From an uncultured Desulfobacterales bacterium (GTDB taxonomy: Bacteria > Desulfobacterota > Dissulfuribacteria > Dissulfuribacterales > QOAL01), in NCBI GenBank assembly GCA_964573615.1, contig CAZNKD010000009.1:37327-101326 (forward strand): 64,000 nt of DNA, in the 5' to 3' direction. Positions 1 through 8,828 of the stretch are shown piece by piece; position 1 is the first letter of the stretch; each line of letters opens with the position of its first letter. A model generated the notes under the pieces. The model was given only the letters and a program-made list of their open reading frames with translations. It was not told the DNA's origin and did not search any database. A program made the translations under genes and the position numbers.

Positions 1-247
1 TGACGAATCGTGGCTCTAGCCCAAGCTCCCTGCAGACATCCCTTACCGCCCCGAGCTCTTTCCAGCTCAGAAAAGGGGTCACAGCGGTTACCGGCACCAC
101 TCTTCCAGGGCAGTATTTGACAGCGCTTGCCAGGAGAAATGCACTGTCAGTACCTCCGGACAGGCCAACTGCAACTGGTCCGTCAACGGTGTTTAGAAGG
201 CGTGAAAGCGGGCCTCTTGCCTGGACCTGGTCTGGACCCAATATCAA
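1..247 (-). CDS. larE: PP-loop ATPase, LarE-type sulfur transferase (N-terminal fragment; gene runs off the window start)
   Basis: Not in the ORF track because there is no stop inside the window. Manual minus-strand translation from 247 gives LILGPDQVQARGPLSRLLNTVDGPVAVGLSGGTDSAFLLASAVKYCPGRVVPVTAVTPFLSWKELGAVRDVCRELGLEPRFV. It has the SGGxDS PP-loop motif and the overall pattern of LarE/TIGR00268-type ATP pyrophosphatases. TTG start candidates lie at 247 or 241 and overlap the TGA of the upstream gene (GTTGA). Confidence 0.6.
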   Translation of the reverse strand, partial: MILGPDQVQARGPLSRLLNTVDGPVAVGLSGGTDSAFLLASAVKYCPGRVVPVTAVTPFLSWKELGAVRDVCRELGLEPRFV

Positions 248-1425
248 CCCATGGGCTGGGGAAGCAGCTCCTGGGGCTCTCCGAGCAGAAACTGCCCCCC
301 TTCTATCCACTTCTTGGTGATCTCTGCTATCTGCTTTGCCTTCAGATAGCTCGAAAGGGGTGCGGTCTTGACCTCCCTGCCCTCGATCCTGATGGTGCCG
401 CTCTTGAGCTCTTCGTAGGTGACCTCACATATCACATTGCCCTTGCCCCTTGGATAGTCTTTGCCGTAGTCGATGACCCGGGTAATGATCTCGTCATCAC
501 CTATGCCCGTATATTCGGCCATCTCCTCGTTCAGCACCGGGATTGGAATTCCAAGGCCAACAGCCAGGGAGCAGCCGTATCCGAGAAAGCTCACGCCCAC
601 GAGCCATTCGGGACTCATGTGCTTCAGATCCCCGGTCACCATCAGTGTGCCTGCCGGGGCCTTGGGCACCCCCTTGTCCGTGCGCGGTACGTCCGGATTG
701 TGTTGGGTGCCTGGGCCTATGACATAGCCCACTGCACCGCCGAGGAATATCCTGGTACCTATCCCTATGGTCTTGTAGTAGGGGTCATTGAAGAGCGGGC
801 TCAGCTGGCCGGAAGTACAGTAGTTGGCATTTCCCATCCTGGGCTTCAGTGTCCCCATGTAGGTAAAGACCGTCCTTTCCGTCACATTGATCGCGCAGTT
901 GTAGTTCTGATATGCATTTCTCGGGTTGCACAATCGGGCATATGGCAGGTCTTTCAGGGTGATCCTCTTTTCGAAATCCTTTCTGGGATAGCAATGGGTA
1001 CCGTATGCAGTCGCCTTAAGGTGTATGGTCTTTCCTGCAACCAGATCGTGGATCACGTGTCCGCCACCATAGAGGAACTCCCCGGGATAGATCTTGTTCA
1101 GGGGATCGTCCTCCTTGGGCTCCGTAGCCCCTATGAAGGCATCCACGGCTGCGATGCCGCCATAGGCAGGAACGCCGTTCAGCCAGAGCTTGGATGCCTT
1201 TATGCCCGGGGTCGGGTGGCCGAAATTGATGAAGACCCCGGATGAGCACATGGGAGAAAAGGTGCCTGTGGTGACCACATCCACCTCTTTTGCAGCCTTG
1301 ACCGCCCCTTTCTTGCGGACGATGCCCACCATCTCGTCGGCGGTCACCACAACCGCCCTTCCCTGCCTTATCTTCTCGTTGATCTCCTGAAAGGTCTTGT
1401 TCACCTGATATCTGCTGCTGGACAT
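244..1425 (-). CDS. COG1900/DUF39 family protein (homocysteine biosynthesis / sulfur-incorporation family)
   Basis: 393-aa ORF with the full-length pattern of the COG1900 family (methanogen MA1821-type). GGAGAGGG lies just upstream of the ATG. A CBS-domain gene sits immediately upstream, as is usual for this family. Confidence 0.85.
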   Translation of the reverse strand: MSSSRYQVNKTFQEINEKIRQGRAVVVTADEMVGIVRKKGAVKAAKEVDVVTTGTFSPMCSSGVFINFGHPTPGIKASKLWLNGVPAYGGIAAVDAFIGATEPKEDDPLNKIYPGEFLYGGGHVIHDLVAGKTIHLKATAYGTHCYPRKDFEKRITLKDLPYARLCNPRNAYQNYNCAINVTERTVFTYMGTLKPRMGNANYCTSGQLSPLFNDPYYKTIGIGTRIFLGGAVGYVIGPGTQHNPDVPRTDKGVPKAPAGTLMVTGDLKHMSPEWLVGVSFLGYGCSLAVGLGIPIPVLNEEMAEYTGIGDDEIITRVIDYGKDYPRGKGNVICEVTYEELKSGTIRIEGREVKTAPLSSYLKAKQIAEITKKWIEGGQFLLGEPQELLPQPMG

Positions 1426-1515
1426 GCCCTCTCCATGCTACTTGCTGGGGCCAAGGCGGCTGATCAGACTGTTTTGGCCATGGCCTTGTAAAGCCCCTCG
1501 TATTTCAATGCCCCT

Positions 1516-2112
1516 TCAGTTTATCACGGACAGCACCCTGTGGCCCTGCCCCTCTATGGCATCGATTATGGGCTGGAGATCCATCTTCTCCAGCCTGATA
1601 TAGTAAACCTTCCTGGCAGGGTCCTTGGTGTCCACCCCCACACTGATTATCCTGCCGCCGAAATCGCGTATGATCCGCAAGACATCATCGATCTCACCCT
1701 GGCCGAGTACGATGTCCAGGCGGGAGCTCTCCTGCAGAAGACCCATGAGCTCTATGAACGCGGCCAGGATATCCGTTATGGTTATGATCCCTGCCAGGGC
1801 CCCCTCTTCCATTACGGGAAGGCCGCCGATCTTGTGCTGATAGATGATCTTTGCCGCCGAATCTATGCTGGCCTCTGCATCCACAGTGATGGGATCGACT
1901 ATCATCACATCTTCCATGGTTATCTCTTTAACGGCAGCTGGCAGAAGGTACTGCCTGAGATTGCTCTCGGTTACGAACCCCACCATCCTCTCTCCCTCCA
2001 TTACAGGAAGATGCCGTATGGAGTGCCTGTGCATTATTTCGATTGCCTCAGGCAACTTGGTGCTGGGCCTGACCGTTATGAGATCTCTTACCATCCAGTT
2101 TTTTACTTTCAT
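1516..2112 (-). CDS. CBS-pair domain protein with ACT-like C-terminal domain (AcuB-like)
   Basis: 198-aa ORF with two CBS repeats (IRHLPV...GFVTESNL; IGGLPV...GIITITDI) followed by a small regulatory domain. Confidence 0.85.
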   Translation of the reverse strand: MKVKNWMVRDLITVRPSTKLPEAIEIMHRHSIRHLPVMEGERMVGFVTESNLRQYLLPAAVKEITMEDVMIVDPITVDAEASIDSAAKIIYQHKIGGLPVMEEGALAGIITITDILAAFIELMGLLQESSRLDIVLGQGEIDDVLRIIRDFGGRIISVGVDTKDPARKVYYIRLEKMDLQPIIDAIEGQGHRVLSVIN

Positions 2113-2234
2113 GGCCGCCTGTTCCTGTTCAACTAAGTTCCAACAACCGCTTATTCGTCATGCTGCATGATCAGAAAGTCCCTCTATCCTATGCCATGAC
2201 CATGGCCTTTTCAATTGTAAACAGAGGCAGAGAG

Positions 2235-2263
2235 TTTACACCTGGAAAAAGAAGTATTAAATA
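2235..2263 (+). promoter_or_regulatory. Candidate sigma-70 promoter (TTTACA-17 nt-TAAATA) for the small ORF at 2314
   Basis: TTTACA at 2235-2240, a 17-nt spacer, then TAAATA at 2258-2263. Read directly from the sequence and anchored on neighbouring track ORFs. Confidence 0.3.
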
Positions 2264-2313
2264 GGCCCTCCATAAAAGACCAAAAGAGAAGGACAAAAAA
2301 GGAGGCTTGCAGC

Positions 2314-2436
2314 ATGGCAAAACATAAGAAGAGAGAGCGTGAAAGAGAGATCGAAAGAAGACGCAGACGTCGTAAAAAGAGGATGAAGCTAAGGGCAAAG
2401 GGGCTGCTTCCCCCTGCCGGGCAGGAGAACAAGTAG
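2314..2436 (+). CDS. Candidate 40-aa highly basic small protein (MAKHKKREREREIERRRRRRKKRMKLRAKGLLPPAGQENK)
   Basis: Below the track's length cutoff. AAAAAAGGAGG sits 7 nt upstream of the ATG and a candidate promoter lies upstream. A GGCCGGCAC/GTGCCGGCC hairpin follows downstream (about 2466-2498). The ORF lies alone on the + strand between minus-strand genes. Confidence 0.35.
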   Translation: MAKHKKREREREIERRRRRRKKRMKLRAKGLLPPAGQENK

Positions 2437-2502
2437 CCGATATTCGAATCAGCAATCACAAGGGGCCGGCACAAGGGGCCTGATATGGTGCCGGCCTCTC
2501 CC

Positions 2503-3321
2503 CTATCCCCTCTTCCCCTCTGGCCCTTCTTCCCCGCTGGAATCACCGCAGGCCGTGCGCATTATGGAAATGGCCATCATTGCCGCCCCGAAGCCGTTGT
2601 CGATATTGACCACGGCAAGTCCGGGGGCACAAGAGTTCAGCATTGCCATGAGAGGGGTGAGGCCGCCCAGGTTTGCCCCATAGCCCACAGAGGTGGGTAC
2701 CCCGATTACAGGGGCACTCACAAGCCCTGCAACAAGGCTTGGCAGGGCCCCCTCCATGCCAGCGGCCACCACGATCACCCCTGCCCTCTGTAGCGCGGGC
2801 AGGGCATCTATAAGCCTGTGCAGGCCGGCGACACCGACATCATAGAGCCTTTCGAAGGCCAGGCCGGCGACACCGACCATGGTAGCGGCCTCCTCTGCCA
2901 CAGGCGCATCGGACGTGCCTGCCGTAACGATGAAGACCCTTGCCGGCCTGGATGCCTCGGCCCTCCTGAGGGCATCTGCCTCGCTCTTTCCCAAGAGTAT
3001 CCTTGCCCTCTTGAGATAGGTGAGGCCATGGTCTTGAAAGCGCTCGATCAGAAAAAGGGCCTGCTCCTCGTGGAGCCGGGTGATCACGACCGGGGCCCCG
3101 GTCTCCAAAAGGTGGGAGGTGATCTCCTCGAGTTGGGCCGTGTCCTTCCCCTGACCAAAGACCACTTCTGAAAAACCGGTGCGTATACCTCGGTGATGGT
3201 CGATCCTCGCCTGTCCGATGTGGGAAAAAGGCATGTGTTTCAGGGCGGCAAGCAGATGCTCTTCCTGGATCTGGCCCCTTTTTAGGCGGCCAAGGAGCTC
3301 AAGGAGCTGCTTTTCATCCAC
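2503..3321 (-). CDS. larB: Nickel-pincer cofactor biosynthesis protein LarB (PurE/AIR-carboxylase-like)
   Basis: Motifs RIDHHRGIRTGFSEVVFGQGK, TAGTSDAPVAEEA and AGMEGALPSLVAGL...PVIGVPTSVGYG...VVNIDNGFGAA are typical of LarB. Confidence 0.85.
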   Translation of the reverse strand: MDEKQLLELLGRLKRGQIQEEHLLAALKHMPFSHIGQARIDHHRGIRTGFSEVVFGQGKDTAQLEEITSHLLETGAPVVITRLHEEQALFLIERFQDHGLTYLKRARILLGKSEADALRRAEASRPARVFIVTAGTSDAPVAEEAATMVGVAGLAFERLYDVGVAGLHRLIDALPALQRAGVIVVAAGMEGALPSLVAGLVSAPVIGVPTSVGYGANLGGLTPLMAMLNSCAPGLAVVNIDNGFGAAMMAISIMRTACGDSSGEEGPEGKRG

Positions 3322-3342
3322 GCTTGATGACCCTTTTCCGCC

Positions 3343-3930
3343 CTACTGCCTCAGATAGTTCTTGAGGGGCTCGAGCTGCTGCTCGAACTGCTGCCTGATA
3401 TCGGCAGCAAGCCTGTTCCACTCCTCCTGTGCCTGCATGAGGCTGTTTAGCTCGCTGGCATCCATGCCCCCTCCCATTTGGGCCCCTGCCGCACCCTGGC
3501 CCATCTGCTTGATGGCCTCCATCCTGCCCTTCAGCTGCTGCTGGAACTGCTCCTGATAGTGGTTGATGGTCTGCTGATAGTTTCTCAGGAGCTGCTCCAT
3601 CTGCGGCAGCACCTGCATGGCAATGGAACCCTTTATGGCAACGAGTCCATCCATGGCACGCTTGATACCCTGCCACTGCAGATCGTCCTGGGGCAGGATG
3701 ATGTTCCTCAGCAACACCTCTGCCGCCCCATCGAGGGCGGCCTGAAGGAATTCGGCCGGGACAGAACCCAGGGCCTGCTGCATATCGTCTGTCTTCCCGT
3801 TCAGGTAATCGGCTGCGATACGCCTTCCCTGTTCATTCCACCTCTGGGCCTCGAGCTCCTCTTTGCTGAGCCTTCCGAGCCGGTCTGCCTTCTCAAGGGC
3901 GATCTCAAGGGCACTCTTTATCTCTCCCAT
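3343..3930 (-). CDS. Hypothetical protein, helical and Gln-rich, 195 aa
   Basis: Long ORF located 21 nt upstream of larB on the same strand. No family recognised. Confidence 0.65.
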   Translation of the reverse strand: MGEIKSALEIALEKADRLGRLSKEELEAQRWNEQGRRIAADYLNGKTDDMQQALGSVPAEFLQAALDGAAEVLLRNIILPQDDLQWQGIKRAMDGLVAIKGSIAMQVLPQMEQLLRNYQQTINHYQEQFQQQLKGRMEAIKQMGQGAAGAQMGGGMDASELNSLMQAQEEWNRLAADIRQQFEQQLEPLKNYLRQ

Positions 3931-4186
3931 CTCCTTTACCTCACTTCCAAAAGAGCTGGCTGAAATATAACTGACAGCGTTCTATAATGGCACGACTTGC
4001 CGGATATCCAAGCAGGTGTGGCCTGGTGCTGGGTGATTGCAAACGGGACGCTGCCCTGTCAGATTTCAACGAACGATCAGATCTCAACAAATAGCGGGCA
4101 ATGCCACCTGGATTGTTCTATAATCACCACGCCTCCTTTAAGCAAGGCCCACACCAAGCGAAGAAAAGAGACAGAGGAGCAAGATC

Positions 4187-5824
4187 ATGAAGAGTCAGCG
4201 GCCTGAATGGTTCGAGCTGATGCTCGATCCCGCCTTCTATCCCCACCGTCCGCAAGACGTGGAGATGGTGGAGACCCATATCTCATGGGTCTTCCTTGCC
4301 GGAGAGTTCGTCTACAAGGTCAAGAAACCGGTGGATTTCGGATTTCTGAACTACACCACCCTTGAGCTGAGGCACCACTACTGCCAGGAGGAGTTGCGCC
4401 TGAACAGGCGGCTCTGCCCGGAGATCTATCTGGCAGTGGTCCCGATATGCAGACAGGGGCAGGGCTCCTACAACCTGAAGGGTCAGGGAGAGCCTGTGGA
4501 GTGGGCGGTTGAGATGAAACGGATGCCGGACGAGGGCAGAATGGACCGCATGATCGAGGCAGACCTTGTTGAAGAGGCGGACATAAGGTCCCTTTCAGAG
4601 CTTCTCATCCCATTTTACAAGGGTGCCGTCTGCAGCAGGCAGAAGGCAGAGGAGTTCGGAGGTCTCGATACCGTCAGGGAGAATTGTCTCGAAAACTTCC
4701 AGCAGACAGAGGAGTTCATCGGAACCCTCATAGACAGGCAGACCTTCGACTCCATAAAAGAGTATACCATCGGGTTCATGGAAGGGCATGCGGATCTCTT
4801 CACCCAGCGTCAGGAGGCAGGAAAGATAGTAGAGGGTCATGGAGACCTCTATTCGGCAAATATCTGCATCGATCGCAAGCATGAAAAGATATACGTCTTC
4901 GACTGTATCGAGTTCAACGAACGGTTCCGCTATGGGGACCAGGCCTGTGACATCGCCTTTCTCCTGATGGATCTCGATTTCCTGGGCCTGTCCGACCTGT
5001 CCCTGCTCATGTTCGACCTCTACAGGGACGGGCTCCGCGAAGAGAAGACAGACGAGCTCATGGAGTTCTACAAGTGTTACAGGGCCTATGTGAGGGGAAA
5101 GATAGCCTGTTTCACATGGGCATCCCTGCCAAGTGAGTCACAGACTGGATCTCAGGGGCCTGTATCCCAGGGAAAGGACAGCCCCAGAAGGCTCCAGGAG
5201 GGCCTTGCCAAGCGCTACTTCAGGCTGGCACTCAAATATACCGGGGCCCTTTCAAGGCCGGTGCTCTATGTGTTCATGGGGCTTACGGGTACCGGCAAGT
5301 CCACCATTGCCAAGGCCTTTTCAAAGGCACACCAACTGGCCTATTTCAATTCGGATGTCGTAAGAAAGGAGCTGATCGCCGGGCTAAAGAAGACCGACAG
5401 CAGACTCGAGCCCTACGGAAAGGGGATCTACAGCCCAGAGTTCACCAAAAGGACCTACAGGGCCCTTTCAAGGCTGGCCGGCAGGAGGCTCGTCCTGGGA
5501 GAGTCGGTGGTAGTGGATGCAACCTTTACCAGCATGGAGCTGAGACAGCAGGCAGAGCGCCTCGCTGTCGGTGCCGGTGCCGACATAGTCTTCATCCACT
5601 GCACATGTCCGGAGGAGCTGGTAAGGCAGAGGTTCGAAAAGAGGTTCTCAGAAGACGGCAGGGTCTCGGATGGCAGAATGGAGATCTATCTCGAGCAGAA
5701 AAGGGCCTTTACGCCACCTGAGATCTCACCGGAGGCCGGGTCCCATGGCCGGGTGGTAACACTGGATACCACCGGCACCGTGGATGAGGTGCTGGAGAGA
5801 CTGGAGGGGCTCCTGTCCCGTTAA
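4187..5824 (+). CDS. Fusion protein: aminoglycoside-phosphotransferase-like kinase domain plus P-loop (AAA_33-type) kinase domain
   Basis: The N-terminal half has an APH/ChoK-like catalytic region (GHGDLYSANI...FDCIEF). The C-terminal half carries Walker A GLTGTGKST. Confidence 0.85.
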   Translation: MKSQRPEWFELMLDPAFYPHRPQDVEMVETHISWVFLAGEFVYKVKKPVDFGFLNYTTLELRHHYCQEELRLNRRLCPEIYLAVVPICRQGQGSYNLKGQGEPVEWAVEMKRMPDEGRMDRMIEADLVEEADIRSLSELLIPFYKGAVCSRQKAEEFGGLDTVRENCLENFQQTEEFIGTLIDRQTFDSIKEYTIGFMEGHADLFTQRQEAGKIVEGHGDLYSANICIDRKHEKIYVFDCIEFNERFRYGDQACDIAFLLMDLDFLGLSDLSLLMFDLYRDGLREEKTDELMEFYKCYRAYVRGKIACFTWASLPSESQTGSQGPVSQGKDSPRRLQEGLAKRYFRLALKYTGALSRPVLYVFMGLTGTGKSTIAKAFSKAHQLAYFNSDVVRKELIAGLKKTDSRLEPYGKGIYSPEFTKRTYRALSRLAGRRLVLGESVVVDATFTSMELRQQAERLAVGAGADIVFIHCTCPEELVRQRFEKRFSEDGRVSDGRMEIYLEQKRAFTPPEISPEAGSHGRVVTLDTTGTVDEVLERLEGLLSR

Positions 5825-5897
5825 AGGGGCCTGGATCCGGCCGGGTCCAAAGCCAAAGAGGGATTTAATTTACAGGGAAATTTACGGGGAAAGCGGC

Positions 5898-7097
5898 GTG
5901 TCTGAGATCACAAGCCAGATAAGGCAGGAGCTCTCCGGGCTCCGGGCCTCAGGGCTCTACAGGAGCCTTGCCGACATCACAAAAGTGAGCCCCCCACACA
6001 TATTTCTCAAACAAGACGGCAGGGAGGTAAGGCTCATAGATTTCAGCTCAAACGATTATCTGGGGCTGTCTTCCCACCCTGCCATGAAGGAGGCGGCCTC
6101 CAGGGCTTCAGACCAGTGGGGTGCAGGCTCCAGGGCCTCCAGGCTCCTCAGCGGCAACCATCCCCTGTATGAAAGGCTCGAGCAGGCCTCGGCAAGCCTT
6201 AAGGGTACAGAGGCCGCCCTGGTCTTTGGATCCGGCTATCTGGCAAACTGTGGGATCATACCTGCCCTCGCATCGAGAAGCGATCTCATCCTGGCAGACC
6301 GCCAGGTACACGCAAGTATCATAGATGGCATCCGGCTCAGCGGCGCAAGGTTCAAAAGGTTCGGGCACAACGATCTCTCCCACCTGGAGGGCCTGTTGTC
6401 GGATGCTGCCCCGAGGGGCTTCAGGCGCATAGTCGTGGTGGCAGAGAGCCTCTACAGCATGGATGGGGATGTGGCCCCGATAGAGGGGCTCCTTGAGCTG
6501 AAGGACAGATTCGGCTTCCTTCTGATGGTTGACGAGGCCCATGCCGTTGGGGTCACGGGAAAGGAGGGGTGCGGGCTCATCCCGCGCCACCTCGCCGGCC
6601 AGGTGGACATCACCATAGGCACCTTTGGAAAGGCACTGGGAAGTTATGGGGCTTTTTGTGCCTCAACCGCCCCAATGAGGGAGTATCTAATAAACAGGTG
6701 CCGGACCGCCATCTTCTCCACTGCCCTTCCCCCTCCGGTGCTCGCAGCCTCCATGAAGGCGATAGAGCTCTTGCCCGATCTCGAGATGGAAAGACGCACG
6801 CTTGCCGACAGGTCGCATCAGCTCGCCTCCTTCATCAGAAAGGAGCTGGGCCAGGAGGCCATAGGCGAGATGCAGATCGTCTCCCTTGTGCTTGGAGGCA
6901 GTGGCCTGGCGGTGAGGCTCGAGAACTTTTTGAGGCAGTGGGGGATATTTGCCCGGGCCATAAGGCCTCCCACAGTGCCCAGGGGGAGAGAAAGGATACG
7001 CTTCAGCCTCACCTCCTGCCATGGCCAGGAAGATGTGGACCTTCTCAAAAGGGCCCTGAGGCACTTCTTCAGTGACGGCAGGACACAGGGCTCTTAA
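5898..7097 (+). CDS. bioF: 8-amino-7-oxononanoate synthase
   Basis: FSSNDYLGLSSHP and a PLP-enzyme pattern. The start is trimmed to the in-frame GTG at 5898, which aligns with the BioF N-terminus. The track ORF begins at 5784 inside the previous gene. Confidence 0.9.
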   Translation: MSEITSQIRQELSGLRASGLYRSLADITKVSPPHIFLKQDGREVRLIDFSSNDYLGLSSHPAMKEAASRASDQWGAGSRASRLLSGNHPLYERLEQASASLKGTEAALVFGSGYLANCGIIPALASRSDLILADRQVHASIIDGIRLSGARFKRFGHNDLSHLEGLLSDAAPRGFRRIVVVAESLYSMDGDVAPIEGLLELKDRFGFLLMVDEAHAVGVTGKEGCGLIPRHLAGQVDITIGTFGKALGSYGAFCASTAPMREYLINRCRTAIFSTALPPPVLAASMKAIELLPDLEMERRTLADRSHQLASFIRKELGQEAIGEMQIVSLVLGGSGLAVRLENFLRQWGIFARAIRPPTVPRGRERIRFSLTSCHGQEDVDLLKRALRHFFSDGRTQGS

Positions 7098-7111
7098 AGG
7101 CGGCAAATCCC

Positions 7112-7939
7112 ATGGATATGGACCCCTATATGGAGCAGCAGGCAGGATGGCGGAAGCATCGGCCCGTGGGCCGGGCACCCACCCTCTTGAAATCGGAGAC
7201 TTCGGACACCCTTGCCATATGCCTTCAGGGCTGGGGATTTTCCGGCACCTTCTGGCCAGAGATATTCGCGACCCATCAGGGGCGCCCCTGGCTCATGTTT
7301 CAGGAGGGCTTTTTGAGCCAGGAGATGATCCCGGAATTTCTGGAGCACGTCAGGGAGAGCTCCCGGCTGGAGGGCGGCACCCCAGGGGCACCAGGCAGGC
7401 TAGCCATAGTGGGCTGGTCCATGGGGGCACTGTTTGCCCTTGAGCTCATAAAAAAGATGCTTGGAGAACCGGGAGAAAATGCCTCCCTCCCTCCCCTTTC
7501 GTCCGTGAGTCTGTTCTGCCTGTGTGAACGGTTTCAGGCAGACTATATCCGGGAGCTCAGGCAGTCGGTACTGAGCGTGCCTGAAAGGGCCCTTCGAAAC
7601 TTCCATGCCAAGTGCTTCTGGGGAAGAAAGGATCAATACAGACGGTTCAAAAGGCTCCAGGCCCCCATGCTGAAGGCCCTTGGCGAGGATGCCTTTAACA
7701 GGGAGATATTGATAAGAGGGCTCTCCTATCTCGCACAGGACCACTCGGGCCTGCTCGAGGAGGTGGCAGAAATGGCCCTCGATGCAAAGCGCCCATTCAG
7801 GCTGAGGCTCTTTTACTGCAGCCAGGATGTGGTAGTCCCACTCGACTCTCTCCATATCGACATACCCGAAGCAGATATCCGCATCCTGGATGCCCCTCAC
7901 TTTCCCTTCTTTGAAACAGCGCCAGAGGAGTTGATCTGA
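7112..7939 (+). CDS. Alpha/beta hydrolase, BioH-like pimeloyl-ACP methyl ester esterase candidate
   Basis: GxSxG nucleophile elbow (VGWSMGA). Positioned between bioF and bioC. Confidence 0.7.
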   Translation: MDMDPYMEQQAGWRKHRPVGRAPTLLKSETSDTLAICLQGWGFSGTFWPEIFATHQGRPWLMFQEGFLSQEMIPEFLEHVRESSRLEGGTPGAPGRLAIVGWSMGALFALELIKKMLGEPGENASLPPLSSVSLFCLCERFQADYIRELRQSVLSVPERALRNFHAKCFWGRKDQYRRFKRLQAPMLKALGEDAFNREILIRGLSYLAQDHSGLLEEVAEMALDAKRPFRLRLFYCSQDVVVPLDSLHIDIPEADIRILDAPHFPFFETAPEELI

Positions 7940-7952
7940 GGTCCTTTGTGCC

Positions 7953-8828
7953 ATGGGTCATAGAGAGCGGATGCAACCTGCCAAGTCAGAGATCAGGGCC
8001 TCCTTTTCAAGGGCGGCCTCCAGCTATGAAGAGCATGCCGTGATCCAGAAACGGGTGCTCGAAGTGCTGGAAGGACCCCTTTCGGCCCTTTCCGACAGCA
8101 AAGGGGCGATAAGGCGCATATTGGAGATAGGAACGGGCACAGGGCTTCTGACAAGGAGGCTATCGAGCCTTCTTAGCCCTGAGCACATCTTCTGTCTAGA
8201 TCTTTCACCAGACATGCTCATGGAGGCCAGAAGGCGCCTCCTGGGCACCTTCGGAGACAGCGCCCCTGGCCAGATCCACTACATCTCTGCAGACGGAGAG
8301 GCCCTTCCCTTCCCAGATCGTGCATCCTTCGATCTCATCGTCTCTGCCAGCACCTTTCAGTGGTTCTCCGACCTGCCGATGGCAATAGGACAAATGGTGG
8401 GCTTACTCCTTCCTGGAGGAAGACTCATCGCTCTTTTCTTCTCCCGCGGCACCCTTAAAGAGCTGGAAGAGGCCATGAATGAAGGCCTTGGCAGAAATGA
8501 GGGCCATCGCCTGCTCACCTCGACCTTCTGGAGCGCAAAGGAGCTCAGAAAAGGGATCGAGGACATGGCCATGGCCAGAGGAGATATCGCTCTCATCGGG
8601 CTTCAAGAGTTCACCTTCACGAGGAGATATGCAGGCCTGGCAGAGCTCCTGAGGGCCTTCAAACAGACAGGGACCGCACCCTCTGCAAAAAGGCCTGCCA
8701 CCGGCCATAGACCTCTGATTCGTACCCCTGGGATGTTAAAGAGGGTCGAGGAGGCATATATGGAGCGGTTCGGCTCCATCCGTGCCACCTATCACGTTCT
8801 GCTGCTCGATATGGTCAGAAAGGAGTAG
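7953..8828 (+). CDS. bioC: Malonyl-ACP O-methyltransferase (class I SAM methyltransferase)
   Basis: SAM-binding motif ILEIGTGTGLLT, in bio cluster context. Confidence 0.8.
   Translation: MGHRERMQPAKSEIRASFSRAASSYEEHAVIQKRVLEVLEGPLSALSDSKGAIRRILEIGTGTGLLTRRLSSLLSPEHIFCLDLSPDMLMEARRRLLGTFGDSAPGQIHYISADGEALPFPDRASFDLIVSASTFQWFSDLPMAIGQMVGLLLPGGRLIALFFSRGTLKELEEAMNEGLGRNEGHRLLTSTFWSAKELRKGIEDMAMARGDIALIGLQEFTFTRRYAGLAELLRAFKQTGTAPSAKRPATGHRPLIRTPGMLKRVEEAYMERFGSIRATYHVLLLDMVRKE

Noticed and set aside
127-1245. 372-aa + strand ORF
   Set aside because: It lies entirely antisense to the well-supported COG1900 gene (244..1425, minus strand), has no recognisable motifs and is typical of a GC-rich shadow frame.
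2189-2546. Two minus-strand ORFs of 88 and 111 aa between the CBS gene and larB
   Set aside because: Their translations are low-complexity Leu/Ser/Phe-rich mirror images of a purine-rich + strand segment, with no SD. The + strand 40-codon ORF has better signals.
3984-3999. TGGCACGACTTGCC, which looked like a sigma-54 promoter
   Set aside because: The GG and GC dinucleotides are separated by 8 nt, not the required 10, and there is no TTGC.
5784-5897. Upstream extension of bioF to ATG 5784
   Set aside because: It overlaps the previous gene by 41 nt and adds 38 residues absent from BioF homologs. GTG 5898 aligns with the family N-terminus.
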